Assembly: GCA_964016885.1 (NCBI GenBank)
Contig: CAXHJY010001337.1
Coordinates: forward strand, 1 to 46,513
DNA: 46,513 bases
Reading direction: 5' to 3'
DNA from: Eledone cirrhosa
Taxonomy: Eukaryota
A program made the translations under genes and the position numbers. This document shows, one piece after another, positions 1 through 10,700 of the stretch. Each line of letters begins with the position of its first letter. The first letter of the stretch is position 1. A model generated the notes under the pieces. It searched no databases. It saw only the letters and a list, made by a program, of their open reading frames with translations, and was not told the origin of the DNA.

Positions 1-19
1 AGTTTCAACTGTGTTCTTA

Positions 20-880
20 ATGATTGGCAGTAGAATTGGTAGAGCGTCAGACAATATACTTTACAGTATTGAGTTATGGCCCTTTACGTTCTGAGTTCAA
101 ATCCTGCCTTTTATCCTTACAGGGGTCGGTAAAATAAAGTACCAGTAATGCACTGGGACAAAATTGATCGACTTTCCCCATCTCTTCAAATTGCCAATAG
201 TAGAAATTATTATTATTATTGAGTGCAGTGGATTGGCAGAATTGGTAGAGCATCGGACATGTTTTTGCAGCATAGAGTTATGACCCTTTACATTCCAAAT
301 TCAAATCCTGCTGAAGTTAACTTTTGTCTTTCATCCTTACGAGGTCGATAGAATAAAGTACCAGTAATGCACTGAGTCAATTTAATCAACTTTCCCCTCT
401 TCCCACAAATTGCAGGCCTTGTGCCAAAATCAGAAATTATTATTGGCAGAACCGGTAGAGCGTCGGACACTGCTTTGCAGCATAGAGTTACGGTCTCTTA
501 CAGTCTGAGCTGAAATCCCACCGAGGTTAGCTTTGCCTTTCATCTTTACGAGGTCAATAGAATAAAGTACCAGTAATGCACTGGGGTTGATTTAATCAAC
601 TTTCCCCTCTCCCCAAATTGCTGGCCTTGTGCCTAAAGTAGAAATAATTATTGAGGTCAGTGTATTGGCAGAATCATTAAGTGTATTGGACATCTTTTGA
701 AATATTTGTTCTGACACTTTACATTCTGAGTTCAAATTCTGCCAATTTCAACTTTGCCTCTCATCCTTCCAAATATGATAAAATAACGTGTACCAGTCAT
801 GTACTGAGTTCGATTTAATCAACTTGCCCCTAACCCTAACCCCAACAAAATATGAGCCTTGTGCATAAGTTAAAAATCTG
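20..880 (+). mobile_element. Four head-to-tail diverged copies of a tRNA-derived SINE (family A, Meta-domain-like body)
   Basis: Units of about 210 bp at ~20-213, ~226-443, ~443-651 and ~655-880. Each has A-box-like TGGCAGAATTGGTAGAG, B-box-like GAGTTCAAATCC, body GCCTTTCATCCTTACGAGGTCGATA..AAAGTACCAG and a (TTA)n-like tail. Confidence 0.85.
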
Positions 881-1171
881 TATTTTGTTTTTTTTATCAT
901 GAGAAACATATCCTGAGTTTCTGGTCTTCAGAAAAGGTTTTGGTACATCTTGGAAGAAAAATAAAAAAATATGCATATATTATTTTATATTGTTTTACAT
1001 ATTTATTTATTTATAGAATCATTTTCATTAGGGTTTCATTTCTTCCCTTATCCCTGCCTTTCTTTAGTAACTCCCAACAAATTAAGGTCTTGCTTGGGGC
1101 CTGCTGTTTTGCTGGCTACATACAGCCTTGTTGGGAATCATTTCCAATATAAAAAAATGCAAAAAATTAAA

Positions 1172-1180
1172 TTATATATA

Positions 1181-1252
<72 letters not shown>

Positions 1253-1341
1253 GTATATTATATATATTATATATATATATATTATATATATGTATATTAT
1301 ATATATATATATATTATATATATATATATATTATATATATA

Positions 1342-1386
<45 letters not shown>

Positions 1387-1606
1387 ATATTATATATATA
1401 TATATTATATATATTATATATTTATATATATATTATATATATTATATATATATATATCATATATATATATATTATATATATATATATTATATATATATAT
1501 ATTATATATATATATATATTATATATATTATATATTTATATATATATTATATATATTATATATATATATTATATATATTATATATATATTTATTTATTTA
1601 TTTATT
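1172..1606. repeat. (TA)n / (TATAT)n microsatellite
   Basis: Directly visible; source of the spurious Y/I ORFs at 971-1817. Confidence 0.98.
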
Positions 1607-2122
1607 TCTAGAAATGTTTTTTTTTTCCATGTATTTCAAGAAAATATTTTCCTATTTGAAAATAATTTCCCATAATTATTTATTTTTTATGCTAACATTA
1701 TCTGTATTATGTGTTCCAGCCGACAGGCTGAGGACATGCTGGGGCACCGCCAGATGTATAATAAATAGTTACAAATGCAATCATCAAGTTTTGTCTGCAG
1801 ATGAGCAAATGAAATAACAAGGAAGAATTTCATTCACGTATAGAAAAAAAATAAAAAAACGCTGCACGTATGTCAAAGTTTATCTGGCTTCTAAAGGTTT
1901 CATTTGTCTCTGTAACAAAGGAACAATGCAGTAAGATGTAAGATAACTATACCTGTGATAAAATGGAAGTGTTTTCATAATTTCTCTCTTTCTCTCTTTT
2001 TTTTTTTCTTTTGCAAGAGAACTAACTCTGATACTAACAAAATAAATTTGTTGATATACTCACTATTTCATGTTTTTTTTGTTTTGTTCTTTTGGTTTTT
2101 AACTTTTTTTTTTGACAATGCA

Positions 2123-2500
2123 GTAGAGCTGTTACTTCTCCGAATTGAGAGATCACAACTCCAATACTGTGGACATGGAGTTAGAATGTGTCGGGGAAAG
2201 AATTACTGGAGAGTTGCTCCAGGTAGAGCCACTACTTCTCTGAATTGAGAGATCACAGCTCTGATACTGTGGACATGTGGTTAGAATGTCTCAGGAAAGA
2301 ATCTCTGGACAAAACCAACTGGTAGAGCCCCTCACAAGCAAGATGGTTGGATAACATCCATGAGTTTGACAGGTCTCGCTTGGGGATCCAGCCGGATCAG
2401 TTGGAGATGTTTGTTATTGACAGGACCCACTGGAGGGAGTGTTTGAGGACTCTGCTCCCAAGACCCTCTCAGGAATAAGTGGGCAAAGAAGAGAAGAAGG
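2123..2500 (+). mobile_element. Decayed 3' fragment of an RTE LINE (Rex3/Expander-like) with an internal 100-bp tandem duplication
   Basis: Translates in pieces to VELLLLRIERSQLQYCGHGVRM.. and RWLDNIHEFDRSRLGIQPDQLEMFVIDRTHWRECLRTLLPRPSQE*, matching the RTE C-terminus. Ends in a GAA-rich tail. 2123-2222 is similar to 2223-2322. Confidence 0.75.
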
Positions 2501-2751
2501 TAAGAGGCATTCATATAGAGACATCAGGGCAGCAAGAAGCTATCAATCACATACATCTCCAAAACCGTCCGCAATGTATGTACATGTTATCTTTATCATA
2601 TATCAAAGTTTTTTATATCTTGGTTGATATTTGATAACAACAGTTTACTATAAAGGTTAACATAATATATAACAACAGTGTAATATATTGTTAACCTTTA
2701 TAGTAAATTTCTTTGTCATGTCATAACTTTTTCTCCACATATCACTATTTA

Positions 2752-2838
2752 CCAATTGCTAGTATGTTTATTGCCAATTGCTAGTATATGTATTGCCAAT
2801 TGCTAGTATGTGTATTGCCAATTGCTAGTATGTGTATT
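2752..2838. repeat. 22-bp tandem repeat, 4 copies
   Basis: CCAATTGCTAGTATGTGTATTG x4 with few substitutions. Confidence 0.9.
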
Positions 2839-3357
2839 CAGAGACAGATTTCATAGGTCATTTTGGTATAATCTCTTTATAATTATTGAAAGATGTAAAT
2901 GTAATTTGTCCTGCTTGGACTCAAATTACATTTTCTGACCATTTTAGTGTGCAAAGAGCTAAAGTAATCACTACAACTAAATTGACCAAATTTGATTCCC
3001 CACCCCCCAATTCAGAAATGTTTCCACTGCCCCTGTATATATAATGCTTCATGCAAACTACAACATTTTATTATACATAAAATAATATATAATGAAATAC
3101 AACTTGCTTTTACAAGTTATCTACTTGTATCACTCTCCGACAAGTTTTCAGTTGAGCCCATAGCAATGGAGTTCTGTTGTCCTTGGCCCTAGGGCCACCT
3201 CCCTACTCACCACCATTGGCACAGAGTTGGCTACCTGCAAGAGTCAGCCTCAAGCTGAAATGGCTCTTCCAGTACACCTTCCTCATGTCGCCAAATAATT
3301 TCTGTACAAATTGAAAACATGTATGTATACACATAATATTAAGGATACTATTTATAG

Positions 3358-6323
3358 TTATCATCATCATCATCATCATCACCGTTTTACGTCCGTTCTT
3401 CCACGCTAGCATGGGTTAGACGGGTTGTCCTGTTGTGGGCAGTGTCTGGTCGGCTGACCATGCCTTGCTCATACAGGAACTGATCTGGCTTGATTTCTAC
3501 AGCTGGATGCCCTTCCTAACACCAACCTCATTTACAGTGAGTGCTGGGTGCTTTTTCGTGGCGCCTACACGTCCACTTTACAGTGTGGGCTGGGTGCTTT
3601 TTTGCCGTGGCACCTCCACGGCCACCTTGCGGTGGAGGGGGGGGGCATATTGTTTATATGCTTCAGCATGTACCCATGGGAGGTCGGGTACCCTGTATTA
3701 CTGCGTGACGCCAGAAGTCACGGTCGTGTGTCATTGACTTTGAGAGGTGTAGTTGGGTAAGGTCGGCTTTTATCACCTCATCCCAAGTCATCTTGGGTCT
3801 CCCCACTCCGCGGTTTCCATCAACTTCTAGTGCTCTGCACCTTTTTATGCAGCTGTCATCCTTCATACGCATCACATGTCCATACCAGCGTAACCGCCTC
3901 TCCTGCACGCAGCATTTGATTCCTCTTATGCTCAGTCTCTCTCTCAATTCCTTTATGCTTTGTCGTTCACGTATATTACTGTTACACATCCATCGGAGCA
4001 TGCAGGCTTCGTTTCTCTCTAATCTACGTAAGTCTTCCACCTTCAGCGCCCAGGTCTCACTACCATGCAACATCGCTGTTCGGATACACGCATCATACAG
4101 TCTGCCTTTCATTCTGAGGGAGAAGCCTTTTGCAGCTAGCAGTGGTAGTAGTTCCCTAAACTTCTTCCATCCCGTTCTTACCCTAGTTATTGTACTTTCT
4201 GAGCACCCACCTCCGTTGCTAATTCGGTCACCTAGGTAGCAGAAGCTGTCTACTGTTTCTACAGGGCCCTCCCAGAGATTGGTGGTACTTGTTTCCTGTG
4301 GCTGTTTGCTTGCTGTTTCAGCACAGCTGCTGCATGTGAATCCTACATTCTTAATTAAGCTTCCTGAGATCCCGCTACATCTCTTGTGTACCCATTGTTT
4401 GCATTTGGGGCAGAGAATGGAGTTTCTACCTACACCTTTCCTACATACTGAGCAAGGCCATTTCCCTGAGGGGATCTGGGTTCTGTTTTCTCGTCTACTT
4501 ACAAGGACCTTAGTCTTTGTCATGTTGACTTTGAGGCCCTTTCTCTCTAGTCCCTGCTTCCAGGTTTGGAATTTATTCTCTAGTTCTACCATAGATTCAG
4601 CTATGAGTGCGAGGTCATCAGCATACAGGAGTTCCCATGGGCATCCGGTCTTAAACTCCTCCGTTATTGCCTGCAGGACTATGATGAACAGGAGAGGGCT
4701 AAGAACAGAGCCCTGGTGGACCCCAACCTGTACGCTAAATTCCTCGCTATACTCATTGCCAATCCTAACTTTGCTGACTGCTCCCCTATACATGGCTTGT
4801 ACCGCTTTCACAAGCCATTCATCTACTCCTAGTTTTCTAAGAGCCCACCAGATTACTGCACGTGGAACTCTGTCAAAGGCTTTCTCAAGGTCGACAAATG
4901 CCAAGTAGAGTGGCTTACTTTTAGCTAGGTACTTTTCCTGTAATTGCCTCACAAGGAAGAGGGCATCAGTGGTGCCTTTCCCTGGTACAAACCCAAATTG
5001 CATCTCGTCTATATTCACCCGGTCCCTAATCAGCTGTGCTATAACTCTTTCTGTTACTTTCATGACCTGGTCCATCAACTTTATACCTCTATAGTTTCCT
5101 CTATCTAGTGCATCGCCTTTACCTTTGTAGCAGTTGACAATGATGCTACTGCACCAATCTTTTGGTATGGCCTCCTCTAGTATTACCTGGTTAACGATAC
5201 GTGTGGTTATAGTGTGACCTACAGACCCAGATGCCTTCAGCATCTCGGCAGCTATACCCGATGGACCGGTTGCCTTCCCTATCTTCATATCTCTGATTGC
5301 CTTACTTACTACGCTGCCGCTGACTTGTACTGCTGGTCCCTCTATAGGGTCTACGTGGGGTAGGGTCTCTTCTTCCCATGCATTCTCCTCATTTAGTAAT
5401 CTATCATAATGACTCTTCCATGCATCTTTCTTCTCAGCACTTGTGAGGGCAAGCTCACCTTTATCATTCCGGATACACTTCTCTCCAATGACATCACAAC
5501 TATCTCTGACACACTGCCTCGCAATCTTGAATACCTCCTGTTTCTGGTCCTCACGTTGTAAAACATGCTTGAATTTTCTATCCTCTGCTTCCCTCCTAGC
5601 TAAGTATACTTGTCGCCTAGCTTCCCTCTTGGTCTCTATGTAATGTACCCTGCTCCCCCCGTTCTTCCATTCTTTCCATGCCTGTCTCTTGGCCTTGACT
5701 GCTTCATCTACCTTATTGTTCCACCACCAAGTCACTCTCCTCCTGCTTGAGGTCTTACTCCAGCCACAAACCTCATCCGTCGCCTCTAGTAAGTTATTTT
5801 TTAGGAACTCCCAGTTCTCTTCTACGTTAAATGTCTCTATCTGTTCTTCTTTACTGTCGTAGGCGTTGAGTAAAATATCTTTAAATCTGTTACTGGTTGA
5901 GGGGACTTTCAGCTTCCAGATCTTTCTTCTCCAGGTTGGCCTCTGTTTCAGGGCTCGTCTAGTTCTGACCGTGAGGTCGCTGACAACTAAGCTATGTTGG
6001 GATGTACATTCCTCACTAGGGAAGGCTTTTGTGTTTACGACCGTCCATCTGTCACGTCCTCTGATGAGGATAAAATCTAACTGACTAGAGTGCTCCCCTG
6101 ATCTATAGGTGATCAGGTGGTTGTCGGGTTTTTTAAAGTTTGTGTTACATATCGACATGTCATTGGCGTCGCAGAATTCTAGAAGTCTGAATCCTTCCTC
6201 ATTCCTTGTGCCAACTCCATGGCCTCCATGTACTCTATTGAAGCCGTCGCAGTGTTTACCTACGTGTCCGTTAAAATCTCCTGCAATGATTAGGAAGTCC
6301 TTGTCGTCTGTTAGAGCAGTAGT
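3358..6323 (-). mobile_element. RTE-clade LINE, 5'-truncated, young copy (subfamily 1)
   Basis: (GAT)n tail at ~3358-3381, 3'UTR of about 280 bp, and a continuous APE-RT ORF truncated inside the endonuclease. Confidence 0.95.
3663..6317 (-). CDS. RTE ORF: partial APE endonuclease + reverse transcriptase + PHD-like C4HC3 finger (5'-truncated, no internal stops)
   Basis: The frame stays open upstream of the listed Met (ALTDDKDFLIIAGDFNGHVG..). APE motifs QLDFIL and SQHSLV; RT motifs NYRGIKL, QFGF, FVDLEKAFD, GVHQGSVLSPLLF, YADD, YLG; RTE C-terminus RRLRWYGHVMR..GRPKMTW. Confidence 0.95.
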   Translation of the reverse strand, partial: ALTDDKDFLIIAGDFNGHVGKHCDGFNRVHGGHGVGTRNEEGFRLLEFCDANDMSICNTNFKKPDNHLITYRSGEHSSQLDFILIRGRDRWTVVNTKAFPSEECTSQHSLVVSDLTVRTRRALKQRPTWRRKIWKLKVPSTSNRFKDILLNAYDSKEEQIETFNVEENWEFLKNNLLEATDEVCGWSKTSSRRRVTWWWNNKVDEAVKAKRQAWKEWKNGGSRVHYIETKREARRQVYLARREAEDRKFKHVLQREDQKQEVFKIARQCVRDSCDVIGEKCIRNDKGELALTSAEKKDAWKSHYDRLLNEENAWEEETLPHVDPIEGPAVQVSGSVVSKAIRDMKIGKATGPSGIAAEMLKASGSVGHTITTRIVNQVILEEAIPKDWCSSIIVNCYKGKGDALDRGNYRGIKLMDQVMKVTERVIAQLIRDRVNIDEMQFGFVPGKGTTDALFLVRQLQEKYLAKSKPLYLAFVDLEKAFDRVPRAVIWWALRKLGVDEWLVKAVQAMYRGAVSKVRIGNEYSEEFSVQVGVHQGSVLSPLLFIIVLQAITEEFKTGCPWELLYADDLALIAESMVELENKFQTWKQGLERKGLKVNMTKTKVLVSRRENRTQIPSGKWPCSVCRKGVGRNSILCPKCKQWVHKRCSGISGSLIKNVGFTCSSCAETASKQPQETSTTNLWEGPVETVDSFCYLGDRISNGGGCSESTITRVRTGWKKFRELLPLLAAKGFSLRMKGRLYDACIRTAMLHGSETWALKVEDLRRLERNEACMLRWMCNSNIRERQSIKELRERLSIRGIKCCVQERRLRWYGHVMRMKDDSCIKRCRALEVDGNRGVGRPKMTWDEVIKADLTQLHLSKSMTHDRDFWRHAVIQGTRPPMGTC

Positions 6324-6480
6324 GTGTATATATTATACTATATACAACTATAAACAGGTAAGGTCAGTAATTTATTACTACCTTATTACCAGTAAGATAA
6401 ATAGCTCAATGTAAGAACATCATTTGTTATACAGAGCAGTAATATAGAATACACAAGAATCAAAGCTATGTTAGAACATT

Positions 6481-6534
6481 TAATTGCTGACAATTGTTTC
6501 TTCCAAGCATAGGCTTGGATTCTTCAGAGCATTA
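6481..6534 (-). ncRNA. Minimal type-I hammerhead ribozyme motif (degenerate), PLE pLTR-associated
   Basis: Minus strand: tgct-CTGAAGA-A TCCAAGC ctat GCTTGGA A-GAAA-CAATTG-TC-agca. Palindromic stem III and GUC site; the 10.1/11.1 pair is A-A. Flanks resemble the motifs at 36755 and 38523. Confidence 0.7.
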
Positions 6535-6785
6535 TTAATAATCTTTGTACATATAATCAGCCTCCTATTCCGCTGAAGAATCATACAGATACATATTGTG
6601 GACAACAGTGTGGGATGGATGCGACATATATTATGTTATACTATAATTGTACAATAAGATTCAAAATTAAAATTAAAAGCTTTTGGTGGAGCACATGTGA
6701 CAGATAATACAAGAGCGTCTAGTAAATAGATAAAATTAAATTAAAGAGACAGTACGTGCGTTAGTCATATATATATATTCTGTAT

Positions 6786-7160
6786 CAGACTCAGACTCAG
6801 AAGCTCCCGCGTCTTGCGACGCATGAGGCAATCATAGTGTTCCACCGTGTTCGGTCAGCAGCCAGTTGCACAGCGTCCCGCCATTGTCTGTTTGACGCTC
6901 GCAGGTCCCTCTCAACTGTCTGGCGCCAGTTCATTTTGGGTCGCCCTCTCCGTCTGCTTCCCTGTGGGTTCCATTTAAGTACTTGGTTTGCCAGTCTCTC
7001 CGGGGGAAGTCTCAAACCAGCCCAGGCGTCGCTTGCAGATGTCAGAAGAGACCAGCTGCTGGTTGGTGCAGTTCCTGACTTCCTGGCTTGTTACATGGTC
7101 ACTCCATTTAATCCCCAGGATCTTTCGCAGACACCTGGAATCGAATGCGTCCATATTCTG
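6786..7160 (-). mobile_element. 3' fragment of a second RTE-clade LINE family
   Basis: MDAFDSRCLRKILGIKWSDHV..RRLGWF / RLPPERLANQVLKWNPQGSRRRGRPKMNWRQTV..DRTRW, followed by a (GTCTGA)n tail. Confidence 0.88.
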
Positions 7161-7445
7161 TATACATATATATAAATGTATGTATATGTACACACATACA
7201 CACACTCCCAGATATATATATATATTGAGTGAGTGTAAAAGACCAAAGGTCGTTATTGACAGTTTCTGGATGTGTATATTTCGCAAGGTACTTTATATTC
7301 TTTATTGGTGAAGGTAAGAACGATCACTTGCATCTCTACTCTAAATAACAGTGTACTATACATTCACCATTATTTAAAAATTCAATTATAACATTTAGTA
7401 TTACTGTATACTGCCAGTAATATGTACAGTATATATTCACGATTT

Positions 7446-7560
7446 GAAGGCGTGGGGCTGAGTGGTTAGAGAATCTTGAGGTTGTCAGTTCAATTCCTGG
7501 AACGGGCGATGCGTTATGTCCTTAAGCAAGACACTTTATTTCACGTTGCTCCTTCTACCT
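7446..7560 (+). mobile_element. Partial tRNA-derived SINE (family B, CORE-like)
   Basis: GAAGGCGTGGGGCTGAGTGGTTAGAG..GTTCAATTCC..GTCCTTAAGCAAGACACTTTATTTCACGTTGCTCC; homologous to 24680-24790. Confidence 0.75.
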
Positions 7561-7769
7561 GGAGTTGCGACCGATAGATAGTACTAGCAACTGGAAAGAC
7601 CAACGGAAACATTGTTTCCTTGGTCCGATTTGACGAAAGTCGTTCGATCCTTTTATTATATTCACTATAATTAGTAAAAAAAATACACATTTTTTTCCGT
7701 AAAAATTTTATTGTACTGTTTTGTTTTCACTTATGTATTTTTTGAAAGTGTTATTTATTAATTATAAAT

Positions 7770-10700
7770 TTCTTTATTAGCCACAAGGGCACAAAAGAGG
7801 GGGACAAATACAAATGGGAAGTTTACATACAGGTATATGAAAATAAAACTATTAATAAAACAACAAATAACAATTAAAATCCCCAATAGGGGGGAGGCGT
7901 TACACAGGGGTTGTAAACACCCCGAAAAAATGTACAACCCTCATCTCCAGGAGCACCAAGAGTGAGTACTCCCTTCCTCTCTTCCCCTTTTTCCTCAACC
8001 TACAGGCTTATATAGAGAGAAGGCCCAACCACTCGGGCCACCTTTGCCACATTCACCCACCTTTCATAAAATTTGGTACAGCACCTCTCTCTCCATCCTG
8101 ATTCTTCTTCCAAAATGATATTTGAAAAAACGAATCAGTTGTTTGCCGGAGAGAAAGGTGTCTGACCTCAGCCCCTTCAACCTCGTCCACCATATAACCT
8201 CTTTCACCATAGCCATAACACATATGAAAACCGCCTCTCCTTCGTTTTTGAAGGAGAGTGACGGTTTGATCATGACAATGGACTTGGTGGTCAACTGGAT
8301 TGGTCCCACCCGCGGCAATAGTCGTTCTACATAGCCCCACAGGTCGGTAACACCCCGGGCAATGTACAAATGCGTGCGCGACGGTTTCCTCGTCGCGCAC
8401 TCATCTCGGACAGGTCTTTTTCGATGGATCCCTGCCCGGGCGCCCGTGTCTGTAGAGCTTGTCTCGAACTGGTAGAGCTCCTCGGTAGCACTGACAGGCC
8501 AGGGACTTTTGGAAGTTGTCCATCGGTCCTGGGCAGAAATTCCTACCGAACAGACATGCTAGTTCGTCCTCTATGCCCAGAGTTTCTCTGAGCGCGTCGT
8601 CGCACTTGCTGCGGACCAACCCTCTATAGAATGACGAAGTGGAGTCTCCACTGATTGCCGAGTCCATTTGCCAGAGGGCTGTGAGCGCCTGAGCACATTC
8701 GATGTGCCAGTCGCCCATTTTCCTCGACCTTTGCTTGACCCAATACTCCAGCTCGGTCAGCGAGACGAGTCGTGGGAAGGCTCGCCTCACGAACGGGCCC
8801 CACACCGGTTGTCCGGGGAGGAATACGTGGAGGTGCCGCAGCCTGTGCGCATGTTTGCGCATCGTCAGCCACGGCATCCCCAGCCCTCCGCTTGAAGGGT
8901 GTTGGCAGCAGATGGATCTTCTCACCAAAGGAGCCCGTTTCTTCCAAAGGAATTGGAAGAGCGCGCGCTCCATTTTGGTGAGCGTTTTGGCTGGACAAGG
9001 CACGACGGTCAAGCGGTAGTAGATGGCGGACACTATAAAAGTGTTCGCCACATCCGCTCGACCTTCCAAGGATAGTTTGCACTCGGCCCACTTCTGGGTA
9101 AGTACAAACACCTTGGCCGTCACCTCGTTCCAGTTCTTCTCCACCTGGAGGTCCGGACCAAACGAGACCCCGAGCAGCTTTACCCGTCCTTCCGTCCAGC
9201 ATCCGACGATGCCATCGGAAGGCATCGGTTTGCCTCTCCACATTCCAAGCTGCCAACCGACGGATTTTTCCCAGTTCAGCTTCGCTCTTGTGAACCGTTC
9301 GTATTCCTTGAGTAAAGTGCCAACCTCCCCGATTTGCGAGGTGCTCGACACCATTATTGTCACGTCGTCGGCGCAGGCCGACGCCGCTTTTCGCAGTCCC
9401 GGTTCCAAAGGGATGCCCTGCAATAGCTCCAACTTCCACAGTAGCGGCTCGAGAGGAAAAGGGAGGAAAGAGGGCATCCCTGTCGGATGGATCGCGTGAT
9501 GTGGAACGGCTCCGAGAGGTAGCAGTTCACCTCAACCCTTGAGCAGATGTTGCTGCTGTACGTTGCAGCAATCCAGCGCCTGAACACGGGACCGAAGCCT
9601 GCCGCCTCGAGCACCACATCCAGGTAACGATGGTCAACACTATCGAAAGTCTTAAACTGATCAAGTTGATCAGGGCCCCACCGAAACCGGGTTTACACAC
9701 TACCCTCTCTATGATGTATCGCATGAGGTGCAGGTTGTCGTGTATGGACCTGGTCGGGATTGCGCATGTCTGCGCTTCTCCCACCAGGTTTTCAACAACA
9801 AGCGCCAGCCTCTTTGCCAACACCTTGGCCAAAATCTGTAACTCTGTGTTTAGCAGAGTTATGGGTCAGAAGTTGCCTATGTCATCCCCCTTATTCTCGT
9901 CCTTCCTGACTAGCGTGACTATGCCCTTCGTCACAGAACTGGGAATTCTCCCGTTCTGCTACCAGTTGCAGTAGACTGCTTCCAAGAGACTGGAGAACAA
10001 GTCCGGCATTGCTATGTAAAATTCATAGGGTAGACCATCGAGACCTGGAGATTTGCGTTGCCGCATTGGCTCAGCGCGTGCCCCATCTCAGTGGCCGAAA
10101 TCGACCTTTTGCAGAACTTTGCCTCGCTGTCCGAGAGTCATGGCAGGCCGTCGAGGTATGGACCGAAATCCACAACCCCTCCTGGCGCGCCGCCCTGCCC
10201 GAACAGTTGAACAAAGTGCCGCTGAAAGGCCGCGCACATCTGCTTCAGCTCACGTATCACGCATCTATCTTGGTCCTTCAAAGACTGAATCGTGGACGTG
10301 TTGCCGCTTTTCGCCTTCGTCACTCGGGCCCAGCTAACAGCTCTTCCCAGAGCATGTATTTTGTTCCTGACAACGCAGCCTTTGTGCTTTGCATCGAAGA
10401 ACTGGTCCAAGGCCATTCTCGTCGCTAGCACTCTGGCTATGTTGCCACTCCTAAGTGCCTCTTCTACTTTATCTACCAGTTCCTTTTCGGTCTTATTTCT
10501 ATCTAACGCTAATTCTTTACTAAAACCTATCGAGTCTAATCTAACTGCCCTCTTGAGAGAGTACCACCATCTGTTGTTGACAATGGCCCCCGTCAAGTGT
10601 TGCTTAACTAAAGTGCTAAGCCGTCTACTGTAGGTTTTGCATGTCGGTAACGACAAGTTCAGCTTCCAGTAGCCGGGACCCTATCTATGGGTTCTGTCAA

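Noticed and set aside
828-843. Telomere-like CCCTAACCCTAACCC
   Set aside because: Only two units inside a SINE copy; not distinguishable from chance.
2439-2505. Apparent exon ending GAAG|gtaaga
   Set aside because: The sequence is the C-terminus and GAA-rich tail of an RTE fragment.
3793-6414. Plus-strand ORFs overlapping the RTE, and likewise those opposite the other RTE and L1 copies
   Set aside because: Antisense shadows of the retroelement coding frames.
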